This document shows positions 26,300 through 34,594 of a DNA stretch of 64,000 bases, in pieces. The position numbers and the translations under genes were made by a program. Below the pieces are notes generated by a model. The model saw only the letters and a program-made list of their open reading frames with translations. It had not been told where the DNA came from and made no database searches. This DNA comes from Akkermansia muciniphila (GTDB taxonomy: Bacteria; Verrucomicrobiota; Verrucomicrobiia; Verrucomicrobiales; Akkermansiaceae), in the NCBI GenBank assembly GCA_945890645.1, contig CAMDCV010000016.1, positions 19,028 to 83,027 on the forward strand, given 5' to 3'. Position 1 is the stretch's first letter. Each line of letters starts with the position of its first letter.

Positions 26300-27439
26300 A
26301 TGATCACCTCAGCCACAGAACTCTTGCAGCAACTGATCCGCATCCCCTCGGTGAATCCGGATGATCTATCTGACAGCGATGCCGCCGGCGAAGGGGCGAT
26401 CGCGCTTTTTCTCCAAGGCTGGCTCGAAGGTATAGGCGCGGCGGTTTTTCTCGATGAGGTGAAGCCGGGGCGGCCGAATTTGATCGCGCGTTTTGCGCCG
26501 ATGGATGGTCGTCCGCGAATTCTGTTAGGCCCGCATCTCGATACCGTGGGCGTGATGAATATGAGCATAGCTCCCTTTGCCGCTGAGCTGCGTGACGGGA
26601 AAATCTGGGGCCGTGGTGCCTGTGATACGAAAGGTTCGATGACAGCGATGTTGTGGGCCTTGCGTGAGCATGCAGCGGAGCTAGCGACGATGCCAGTGGC
26701 GGTGGATTTTGTCGCATTCATGGGCGAAGAATCCGGGCAGTGGGGGTCGAAACATTTCGCCGAGCATCATGGGCGGCACTATGCCTTTGCGATCGCCGGT
26801 GAGCCGACGGGATTGGATATTGTTTACACGAATAAAGGCTCGCTATGGGCGACGGTCGAAGCCACGGGCAAGGCGGCGCATAGCTCCATGCCGGAAAAGG
26901 GCAGCAATGCGGTGATGACTTTGGCGCGTGCGCTGGATCGGTTAGAAACGGAATTGGCTCCCCAGCTCGCTGCTTTCACCCATCCGGTGCTCGGCAGATC
27001 GACGATGAACATCGGCACCTTTCACGGTGGCACTCGCGCAAACATCGTGCCGGATCGTGCCTCGGCGCAATTGGACATTCGCGTTACGCCATCGTTGGCG
27101 GACAAAACGGGCGGCGCATTGGGCTTGCTCGAATCGACAATTGCGGCGCTCTCCTTGCCCGTGACGCTTGCCTACGCGCACGAAAATCCACCGATGGATA
27201 CTTCTTGCGAGCATCCGTATTTGAAAACGTTGCTACAAGCGCGCGAGGGCACGATGACCGTGGGTGCGCCGTGGTTTTCCGATGCCGCACATCTGAGTCG
27301 CGGCGGCATTCCTTCGGTGTGCTTTGGTCCGGGCTCCATCGATCAAGCGCACACGGCGGATGAATTTTTGCGTGTGGATGACTTGCTCGCGGGTGTGGCG
27401 CATTTTTCCCAGTTTATCGAATTGCTGAAACGTGCTTGA
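26300..27439 (+). CDS. M20-family metallopeptidase (ArgE/DapE/ACY1-like)
   Basis: LLQQLIRIPSVNP, GPHLDTVGV, GRGACDTKGSMTAML and FMGEESG. Confidence 0.85.
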   Translation: MITSATELLQQLIRIPSVNPDDLSDSDAAGEGAIALFLQGWLEGIGAAVFLDEVKPGRPNLIARFAPMDGRPRILLGPHLDTVGVMNMSIAPFAAELRDGKIWGRGACDTKGSMTAMLWALREHAAELATMPVAVDFVAFMGEESGQWGSKHFAEHHGRHYAFAIAGEPTGLDIVYTNKGSLWATVEATGKAAHSSMPEKGSNAVMTLARALDRLETELAPQLAAFTHPVLGRSTMNIGTFHGGTRANIVPDRASAQLDIRVTPSLADKTGGALGLLESTIAALSLPVTLAYAHENPPMDTSCEHPYLKTLLQAREGTMTVGAPWFSDAAHLSRGGIPSVCFGPGSIDQAHTADEFLRVDDLLAGVAHFSQFIELLKRA

Positions 27440-27516
27440 ACCACCGCAATGCCTGCGGAAAAAATGTCATGATCTGCTGAGAGACTTCGGTCAATGATGT
27501 GGTATGATTCGTATTC

Positions 27517-28755
27517 ATGAAGCGTGTGATTTCCAGTTTGTTCCTTTTCACCATGCCGTTGCTGGCACAGGTGGATTTGTGGGACTTGCCGCCGCTTCGC
27601 TATTCTGATTCGGCGGCCACCGATGACCTGACAAAAATCGCCGCCGATTGGCAGAGCGGAAAGGTCAAACTCCAAGGCACCACGGAACTCGCACGTGTGC
27701 AGGAAATTTTGGCCGCCTTACGCGTGCCGGAGTCGTCGCAAATTTTAGTCTTTTCCAAAACCAGCAAGCAGAATCATCTCATCCATCCAGATAATCCCCG
27801 CGCTTTGTATTTCTCTAACAATTGTTATTGCGGCTACGTGCCCGGCGGTGCGATGGAAGTGATCATTCATGATGCCGTTCTCGGTCCGGTGTTTTATTTG
27901 ATCGATCTCGGACATGCGGAAAAAGCTCCGGTGATCGAGCGCGATACCAGTGATTGCCTTTCCTGCCATGGCACGGGTCGTACGGAAAATGTGCCCGGTT
28001 TGCTGGTGCGTTCAGTGTTTCCCGATGAAAATGGGCATGCGTTGTTGGCATTTGGCTCGACACTGGTCACACACGATACTCCCATCGCTGAGCGTTGGGG
28101 CGGCTATTATGTGACGGGTTCGATAGCCTTGCCGCACTTGGGGAATCGCACCTATGCCGAGGGGCAAAACACCGAGCCCGCGTTGGCGAACTTGGATGAC
28201 TTGAGTTCGAAGTTCGACGTCAGCAAGTATCCCTGCGCTACTAGTGACATAGTAGCTCTTATGGTGCTGGAGCATCAATGCCAGGCGCACAATTTGCTCA
28301 CGGCAGCGAAGATGAATTATGACAGAGCGCGTTTTCTCAGCAAGTCGATAGCCCCCAGTGGCGATCCCGATGAAGGTTCGGCAGGTCGTGTCGCAGAGCA
28401 GGCGGCGCAACGCATCGTCGAGTGGTTTTTGTTCCAGGGCGAAGCTGCGCTTGGCGACGATGGGGTCTCGGGCAGTGATACATTTCAGCAAGCCTTCAGC
28501 GTCGCAGTGCCGCGTAGCAAGTCCGGCGATAGTCTCGCGGATTTTCAACTCAATAGCCGACTGTTTAAAAATCGCTGTTCCTTCATGATCTACTCGCCTG
28601 CCTATCGCACCTTGCCGGATTCTGTGAAATCGCGGGTCGTTGCTAAACTCAAAGCTGTGCTCGATGCCAACGAGATCAATGACGCCTATCCCGAAATTAA
28701 ACTTTCCGAGCGGCGTCGCACCGCGCAGATTTTGCGTGACACCGGTGTGTTGTGA
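27517..28755 (+). CDS. hypothetical secreted protein with a single CxxCH heme-binding motif
   Basis: Signal peptide VISSLFLFTMPLLAQ. Motif DCLSCHGTG. No other assignable domain. Confidence 0.65.
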   Translation: MKRVISSLFLFTMPLLAQVDLWDLPPLRYSDSAATDDLTKIAADWQSGKVKLQGTTELARVQEILAALRVPESSQILVFSKTSKQNHLIHPDNPRALYFSNNCYCGYVPGGAMEVIIHDAVLGPVFYLIDLGHAEKAPVIERDTSDCLSCHGTGRTENVPGLLVRSVFPDENGHALLAFGSTLVTHDTPIAERWGGYYVTGSIALPHLGNRTYAEGQNTEPALANLDDLSSKFDVSKYPCATSDIVALMVLEHQCQAHNLLTAAKMNYDRARFLSKSIAPSGDPDEGSAGRVAEQAAQRIVEWFLFQGEAALGDDGVSGSDTFQQAFSVAVPRSKSGDSLADFQLNSRLFKNRCSFMIYSPAYRTLPDSVKSRVVAKLKAVLDANEINDAYPEIKLSERRRTAQILRDTGVL

Positions 28756-28770
28756 AATGTAGCTCACGGT

Positions 28771-29223
28771 ATGCGAGCAGTCATCCAGCGAGTCAGTAAA
28801 GCGTCCGTGACCATTGCGGGCCACGAACACAGTCGCATCGATCACGGACTGCTGGTTTTGTTAGGCGTGGAAGACTGCGATGAAAGTGTGGACATCGATT
28901 GGTTGGTCGGCAAAATCGCGCAAATGCGTTTGTTCGCTGATGACTTGGGCAAGATGAATCGCAATGTTGTGGATGTCGGCGGAAGTATTTTAGTAGTGAG
29001 TCAATTCACCCTGCATGCTTCAACAAAGAAAGGCAATCGCCCCTCATTCCTGCGCGCCGCCCACCCACAAAAAGCCGAACCTTTTTACGAACAATTCTGC
29101 ACGCAACTCGCGAGTGTCGCTACAGTATCCGTGCATCATGGCGTCTTCGGTGCCGACATGCAAGTTGCCCTCTGCAATGATGGACCAGTGACGATCTTGC
29201 TCGATAGCCGAGATCGGGAGTAA
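28771..29223 (+). CDS. dtd: D-aminoacyl-tRNA deacylase
   Basis: MRAVIQRVSKASV, GLLVLLGV, VSQFTLHASTKKGNRPSF and NDGPVTILLDS. Confidence 0.93.
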   Translation: MRAVIQRVSKASVTIAGHEHSRIDHGLLVLLGVEDCDESVDIDWLVGKIAQMRLFADDLGKMNRNVVDVGGSILVVSQFTLHASTKKGNRPSFLRAAHPQKAEPFYEQFCTQLASVATVSVHHGVFGADMQVALCNDGPVTILLDSRDRE

Positions 29224-29322
29224 AGGTAAAATCTAAAAGTCGAGGTTTAGAAAACGACCTTGTTTTTTATCATCGGATCGATAACCTCAGTTGCCGAATC
29301 GAAACACGTACTTCACAATAAA

Positions 29323-30126
29323 ATGAATTCTGAACTTTATCAACGAGTGGCCGACAATGTTGGGCGTCCAGCCATCCAACTACGGGGAACAGCCAGGGAG
29401 ACGCTCACTTTTTTAGGCGGCGCCCCCGCTTCTTCAACAGAGTTCTCGTGGCCGGAAAAAGAAGGTAGGCCTCTCGGCTTTATTGGTCAGCTTGATTTAG
29501 CAGAGTTGGATCTGCGTGAGGCGGCCCCTTGGCTCCCTTCGACGGGTCGTCTATTGTTTTTTTATGACATGGATGAAGCACCGTGGGGATTTGATCCGAA
29601 AGACTGGGGCGGTTGGGCTGTTATTTACGATGCTGGTGCGGGACAGGTTCAATCGATTCCATTTCCTGATGATTTAAAGGAAGAAAATCGACTTTTGGGC
29701 ACCAAGTATCTAACAGGAAAAAATTATATCAGCATTCCAAGCTTGGAGCGCGTCACTCTCGAAGAAGCAGGAATTTCGGAGGAGGAAGAAGAGGATTACT
29801 ACGAACTCTCCAGCAATGTGTTCGAGAACCATCCAAGACATCAGATTGGTGGTTTTCCTGAACCTGTGCAAAGCGATTCGATGGAAGAAGAATGCCAATT
29901 AGCCTCGGCTGGCGTTTATTGTGGAGACTCTAGCGGATACAGTAGCGCCCGAGCAGAAGAGCTGCGGCAAGAACCAAACGATTGGAGATTATTGCTACAA
30001 GTCGACACCGAGGACGATCTTGATTTAATGTGGGGAGACTCGGGTACGATCTATTATTGGATTAGAGAGCGTGACGCTCGTGCGGGAGACTTTTCGAAAG
30101 TATGGCTCGTGTTGCAATGTTGCTAA
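29323..30126 (+). CDS. DUF1963 (YwqG-family) protein
   Basis: HQIGGFPEPVQSD and WRLLLQVDTEDDLDLMWGDSGTIYYWIRERD are the DUF1963 signature. ATG 29323 is preferred over the track TTG 29260. Confidence 0.8.
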   Translation: MNSELYQRVADNVGRPAIQLRGTARETLTFLGGAPASSTEFSWPEKEGRPLGFIGQLDLAELDLREAAPWLPSTGRLLFFYDMDEAPWGFDPKDWGGWAVIYDAGAGQVQSIPFPDDLKEENRLLGTKYLTGKNYISIPSLERVTLEEAGISEEEEEDYYELSSNVFENHPRHQIGGFPEPVQSDSMEEECQLASAGVYCGDSSGYSSARAEELRQEPNDWRLLLQVDTEDDLDLMWGDSGTIYYWIRERDARAGDFSKVWLVLQCC

Positions 30127-30212
30127 TGATCGCAATGGAATAAAACGCGTAGGTGCCCTATTGTTGAACCTTCCATTTTTTTTGCTACTAAAAACATTCA
30201 CCTGTATTATCA

Positions 30213-30563
30213 ATGATTTCCAATGATCAATTGGATACGCAGGCGAATATCGCGTCGATGTTGCAAGCATTGGAGTCTGCTGAGCGTGTGCTCGAGCACT
30301 TTGAGGCAAGGCATCCGGATGATGACAGACCTCGCAAAGCGATTGAGGCGGGTCGTGCATGGGCGCGTGGTGAGTTAGCGATGACCAACGCGCGCGTTGC
30401 CGCCTTCGCAGCGCATGCTGCTGCCCGCGAGGCAGAGCACCAGGCCGCTCGTTTCGCGGCCCGCGCTGCCGGTCATGCAGCCGCGACGGCTCATGTCGCT
30501 GGGCACGCGCGTCACGCCGATGCCTATGCCGCTAAAGCAGATACCGCTGTTCATAATGACTAG
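30213..30563 (+). CDS. small Ala-rich helical protein, Imm5-like putative immunity-protein family (tentative)
   Basis: HPDDDRPRKAIEAGRAWARGE followed by the Ala/His-rich helices AAFAAHAAAREAEHQAARFAARAAGHAAATAHVAGHARHA. This resembles a family I recall as putative immunity proteins, and I have not verified it. Confidence 0.5.
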   Translation: MISNDQLDTQANIASMLQALESAERVLEHFEARHPDDDRPRKAIEAGRAWARGELAMTNARVAAFAAHAAAREAEHQAARFAARAAGHAAATAHVAGHARHADAYAAKADTAVHND

Positions 30564-30642
30564 GGCGCGTGATAGGAAGTAAGTAAGTGCCGAAAGCATC
30601 TTGCTATTGAATCATAACCACAAGCTGTTTGATGTTACGCCC

Positions 30643-31078
30643 TCACACCCCTGGAAACGGCGTGGCATTTGCTTTGCGCGCCCAGCGCTCTTCGGGGCTG
30701 GTAGGCTTGATTCCCAATGCCGCAAAGTGCGCTTCCACCTCACGGGGATCGAGAAAACGCACCGTATGAGCCACGGGCCCCTCGCCGCTGGGAAAGCTGA
30801 TCTCACTCAGCAAGCGAATCTGCGATGCGTTGGATGGCATTTGGTCCTCCATGACGCTGGATCATAGCACGGAAATCCGCGTCGTCGAGCGAGAGATTGT
30901 GCGCTTTGCACAAAGCGATGATGTCCGACCAGTCTTTCTCCGCTTCACTCCTTGTGCACTGACAAGTCGCATGGAGTTTGAGCGCGATCATCGCTTCGAC
31001 ACTCGGCACGGCGATCGGTTGCGTAGGCTTTTTTGACTGCTCGAGAATGAGGAATACATCGTCATCCACTAACATCAT
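30643..31078 (-). pseudogene. two short overlapping ORFs (91 aa and 69 aa), possibly remnants of a degraded gene or gene pair
   Basis: ORF 30803..31078 (..IAVPSVEAMIALKLHA..) resembles the C-terminal part of nucleotidyltransferase-type proteins but lacks an N-terminal catalytic region. ORF 30643..30852 overlaps it by 50 nt in another frame. The upstream 210 bp is AT-rich and holds only 15-23-codon ORFs. Confidence 0.3.
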
Positions 31079-31473
31079 ATTTAATCATGCTCAATTTGAA
31101 CTTCTCGAATATTGTAATTCCTTGCCATTGCTTAGAATAAACTGTTTTCTTAGTGAGTCAATTCTGTTTGATGAAGTTTTTCGAGATGTGCAATTAAATA
31201 TTGTTAGAAATTTAATATCAACAAGCAAAGCCGCAACAATGAGCCATAAGTCTGCCAATACTATTTAAATAAAATGGACTACTTTCCATCACTGAGTGAA
31301 TTTTCTTCTTTGTTGATTCTTCGCAATCTCGCAATTCTCTTGTGCCTCGTTGCTTGGCTTTATTTCATCGAACTCAGGCGGGGCGAGCTGTGCCTCATGG
31401 CTTGCCTGGTCGCGGTATTCGTAAATCTTGTAGGCTGTCCACTTCGCGAATAAGCCGGTAACCGACCATGCGT

Positions 31474-32562
31474 TCACTTTTTCAGCCGGACGGGGGTGCC
31501 ACAAAAGCTGCAGCGGAACCAGCGGAAAAGTATAATGTGCAGGGCGACGGAGAAGACGTAGCCGAGGAGGGGAATGTGGTGCGCTTTGCTGTTTTTCAGG
31601 CAATTGCGAGGTACAAAACATTTTTGTCCGCAGATGCGACAGCTGGATTGAAAGCTGATGGTAAGGTAGAGCAGCCCCATGACGAAAACACTAAGCGGCA
31701 GGGCGAGGAACCAAGTGGGCACCCAACGGAACAGGGACGAGCCATTGTCTTTGAGTAAGAGGGCAAACGCGGCGAAGATGCCTGTGGGGATCAACACATG
31801 ACAGGCGAGCGTGATGAGAGCACCCCACCAAACTTGCAGAGGATTGCTGTGCAGCACGCCGCGAATGTAACGGCGCGAGGCGGGATCGACGCCGGCATTC
31901 GTCTCAGGCAAGGCCGACCGCATCAAACGCAAGCGTTCTTCGTTGCGAGTTCTCTGTTCTTCCCGTTGTTGCACTTGAACGCTCGGGTCCGTGAATTCAT
32001 CAGTCGAGCGAATGCGGGTGCGATTCACCTCTTCCTTTTTTTGTCCAAAGGAAATAGTGTTCACATAGCTGCCTTGGACGACTGGCGTTTTGATCACCGT
32101 TTTTTCCTGTTTCTTTTCTGGCGACTTCGTACCCACGCGAATGGAGATGTCCCCACGTGCTGCGGTTAGTAAAATGGCCTCAGGAATTTCCTGCACGGGC
32201 ACTTGCTTCGCGGCTAACAATTTGCCTGGCAATGGCAGTGCCAGGGGGGCCATTGCGATCATTTCAACGACGTCGGGGTCGTTTTCGAAATTGACCATTT
32301 CCGCCGCGTCGGGTGCGGCTTGCTCATAGAATTCTTCAGAATCAGCATCATTAATATTGCGCGCCGTATTGATCCATTCTGTGACTTGCTTCAGACTTGG
32401 AGGTTTTTTGTAGAGCTTGAGTTCCGAATTGGCCGTGATGAGGGCATCGCGCAGGGCCGTGGCGTCGGCGGCGGCGAGGACCTCCGTATCGGCGTAGCCC
32501 GTCGCTTCCAATAATTGGATGACTTTGTCATTCAGACGCAATTCTGATTTCAGCTGGCTCAT
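31474..32562 (-). CDS. hypothetical membrane protein with a helix-hairpin-helix-like N-terminus and a C-terminal CxxC...CxxC membrane region
   Basis: N-terminus LNDKVIQLLEATGYADTEVLAAADATALRDAL (DUF4332-like). C-terminal TM helices are interleaved with CRICGQKC and CSFCGTP. Confidence 0.65.
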   Translation of the reverse strand: MSQLKSELRLNDKVIQLLEATGYADTEVLAAADATALRDALITANSELKLYKKPPSLKQVTEWINTARNINDADSEEFYEQAAPDAAEMVNFENDPDVVEMIAMAPLALPLPGKLLAAKQVPVQEIPEAILLTAARGDISIRVGTKSPEKKQEKTVIKTPVVQGSYVNTISFGQKKEEVNRTRIRSTDEFTDPSVQVQQREEQRTRNEERLRLMRSALPETNAGVDPASRRYIRGVLHSNPLQVWWGALITLACHVLIPTGIFAAFALLLKDNGSSLFRWVPTWFLALPLSVFVMGLLYLTISFQSSCRICGQKCFVPRNCLKNSKAHHIPLLGYVFSVALHIILFRWFRCSFCGTPVRLKK

Positions 32563-32712
32563 GGAGGATGCATCAGGTTACACGCCTTGAAGGCTTTGGC
32601 AAGCATCGGAGTGAAACGGATTGGATTCGCATATTCCCTTGCCGCTCGGGGGAGGATTAGTGAGGGATGTGACGATTTCGGAATTGCGATGAGTGGGTGG
32701 GCTGAGTAGAAT

Positions 32713-33084
32713 GTGGCTATGAATTTTGAAGGGTTGAGTGTATGGGCGGAAGAGGAATTGGCGGCGGTGCTGAAAGTTTTGCCGGAGGAGGTGCAAGTGG
32801 CAGCGGGGCGGTGTGTGCTATCCTTGGAAAAACGTCCCGGCGATAGTGCTTGGGACAAGGACCTTGAGGGCGATGAGCTAGGATTGTTCGAAGGGTCGTG
32901 TTTGTTAGACGATCCAGCCTCTACGGACTTGCCGCGCATTCGATTATTTTTAGAAAACTTATGGGAATGGGTCGAGGGCGATGAGCAGGACTATCGCGAT
33001 GAAGTGGGGACAACGTATCTTCATGAACTCGGACATTATCTTGGCTGGGATGAAGATGATATTGCCGAGCGGGGACTGGAATAA
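32713..33084 (+). CDS. metallopeptidase-family small protein (Zincin_1 / DUF1025-like)
   Basis: C-terminal motif TYLHELGHYLGWDEDDIAERGL. The start is GTG 32713 or ATG 32719. Confidence 0.8.
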   Translation: MAMNFEGLSVWAEEELAAVLKVLPEEVQVAAGRCVLSLEKRPGDSAWDKDLEGDELGLFEGSCLLDDPASTDLPRIRLFLENLWEWVEGDEQDYRDEVGTTYLHELGHYLGWDEDDIAERGLE

Positions 33085-33127
33085 GCGCGCAAGGCATCAT
33101 TTAATCTTTTGTGAGAAAGTGATATCA

Positions 33128-33817
33128 CTAGTATTCGCCAAACAGCGGAAGACTGGAGACACGGATGCCGAGAGTTTTGTCGGGCACCAAGAACAGCATG
33201 TTTCGCGCATTTGGATTACTGGAGACATATCGGTCATAACACGACACGGCCTTCTTCTCGACATCCAGATACGAAACCACCGTTTGATACATTCGGCTAT
33301 CATCCATGACAGGCTTAGCGACAGAGCGTTGTCCTGCCTCGACCTTCTCTTCTTTGGTGCCGAGCAGTATGGTGGCAGTATGGGTGCTGAAATTGAAGAT
33401 GAGCACGGAGCCTTTGAGGAATTCTGATTTTACCGGATTTGCAACTTGAGCCTCATACGTATTTTTTTCCGTATCTGCCACTAATGCGACTAGCACACGA
33501 CCGGCGTCAGCCGGTAATGAGAAATGGCAGAGGGATTTCAAGGTGTTATTTTCCCGCAATGCAAGATGTAGTTCGCCTGCTTGAGAGGGCATCCAATCGC
33601 TTACGAGCGATGGCCTCAGAGTGAGTGTGCCGTGTTCACTCCATTTGCCCTCGGCATCAAGCGAGGCGATTACGACCTCTTGATTTTCCGCTAGGCTGGA
33701 AACACAGATGATACGCAACTGCGCTTTGCCATCTTGCTTTGCGATGGCAGGCGACATCGACGCAAGCAACAAAAGTGCGAACGTGAGCAATAATCGTGAT
33801 GGAAAAAAGTGGGACAT
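33128..33817 (-). CDS. secreted hypothetical protein, paralog B of a tandem pair
   Basis: Signal peptide MSHFFPSRLLLTFALLLLASMSPAIA from ATG 33817 (track TTG 33844). It aligns along its whole length with the upstream gene (LRIICVSSL../VRMLCVQSL.., CYDRYVSSNPNARNMLFLVPD/CYDRFVSSNANTRKFILLFPD). Confidence 0.7.
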   Translation of the reverse strand: MSHFFPSRLLLTFALLLLASMSPAIAKQDGKAQLRIICVSSLAENQEVVIASLDAEGKWSEHGTLTLRPSLVSDWMPSQAGELHLALRENNTLKSLCHFSLPADAGRVLVALVADTEKNTYEAQVANPVKSEFLKGSVLIFNFSTHTATILLGTKEEKVEAGQRSVAKPVMDDSRMYQTVVSYLDVEKKAVSCYDRYVSSNPNARNMLFLVPDKTLGIRVSSLPLFGEY

Positions 33818-33836
33818 AGGTTTGATGCGTAAGAGT

Positions 33837-34592
33837 TTATTCAAAAGGGCCGAATTCCGAGAGGCTCATCGCTCGCAAGCCCAGTTGTTGGTCGGGGAAG
33901 AGTAAGATAAATTTCCGCGTATTCGCATTGGAGGAAACAAATCGATCATAGCAGGGAACGATCTTTTGATTGTCATCGAGGTGGCCGATTAGGAGACGGT
34001 ACATGCCATCCTGATTCGCATCGATTTTTTCCACAACCTGTTGGCCGGGATTCACGGTGACGGTCCGCTCGCCGATTCGCACCGCTGCGCGCACTTTTCC
34101 GTAGTTGATGATGAGTGCCTTACCTTTTTGGAAGCCCAGATTTTCAGGGTCGATCACCTGCATTTGGTAACCATTTTTCTTAGTGTCGGGCAAAAGCACC
34201 ACAATCAATCGTTTGGGTTTTTCCGGGACCACAAAGGAACCGAGGGAACGTACGGGCTCTTCTTCTTTGTTAGTGAGGTGAATCGTGCCATGAGGCAATC
34301 GGATCCATTCGGAAATGAAAGGTGTACGGAGGGTGACTGCGGTATGTTCAAACCACGTGCCATCTTCTTTTTTTGTAGCAAGCATAGTTTCTTCCTCCTT
34401 GGTGGAAAGACTTTGCACACAAAGCATGCGGACCATCACGCCCTCTTCTTTTTTTGCTGGGTCAGCGGCTTCCTGCGCAAAACAGATTCCTTGGCTCAGT
34501 AGCAATACGACGGCTCCGAAGCATCGTGAAATGAACAGAAACAGCAAGTGGGTGCGGCACCTTGCGGAGTGAGTAAGAGTTCGATGAGGCAT
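33837..34592 (-). CDS. secreted hypothetical protein, paralog A of a tandem pair
   Basis: Hydrophobic signal-like N-terminus. The ATG lies 2 nt after the stop of the 1121-aa gene. It is homologous to 33128..33817. Confidence 0.7.
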   Translation of the reverse strand: MPHRTLTHSARCRTHLLFLFISRCFGAVVLLLSQGICFAQEAADPAKKEEGVMVRMLCVQSLSTKEEETMLATKKEDGTWFEHTAVTLRTPFISEWIRLPHGTIHLTNKEEEPVRSLGSFVVPEKPKRLIVVLLPDTKKNGYQMQVIDPENLGFQKGKALIINYGKVRAAVRIGERTVTVNPGQQVVEKIDANQDGMYRLLIGHLDDNQKIVPCYDRFVSSNANTRKFILLFPDQQLGLRAMSLSEFGPFE

Positions 34593-34594
34593 GA

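Noticed and set aside
28012-28845. 277-aa ORF on the minus strand
   Set aside because: It is antisense to the CxxCH protein and the dtd start. dtd is unambiguous, so I treated this as a shadow ORF.
30134-30183. AATGGAA...TTCCATT stem followed by a T-run after the DUF1963 gene
   Set aside because: The stem encloses a 30-nt loop with only a 4-bp inner helix. A terminator is plausible because of the long T-run but is not well supported structurally.
31289-31621. 110-aa minus-strand ORF overlapping the 3' end of the 362-aa membrane-protein gene
   Set aside because: Its N-terminal half overlaps a better-supported gene in another frame. Only a ~60-codon tail (from GTG near 31477) is free, and it has no motif or start context.
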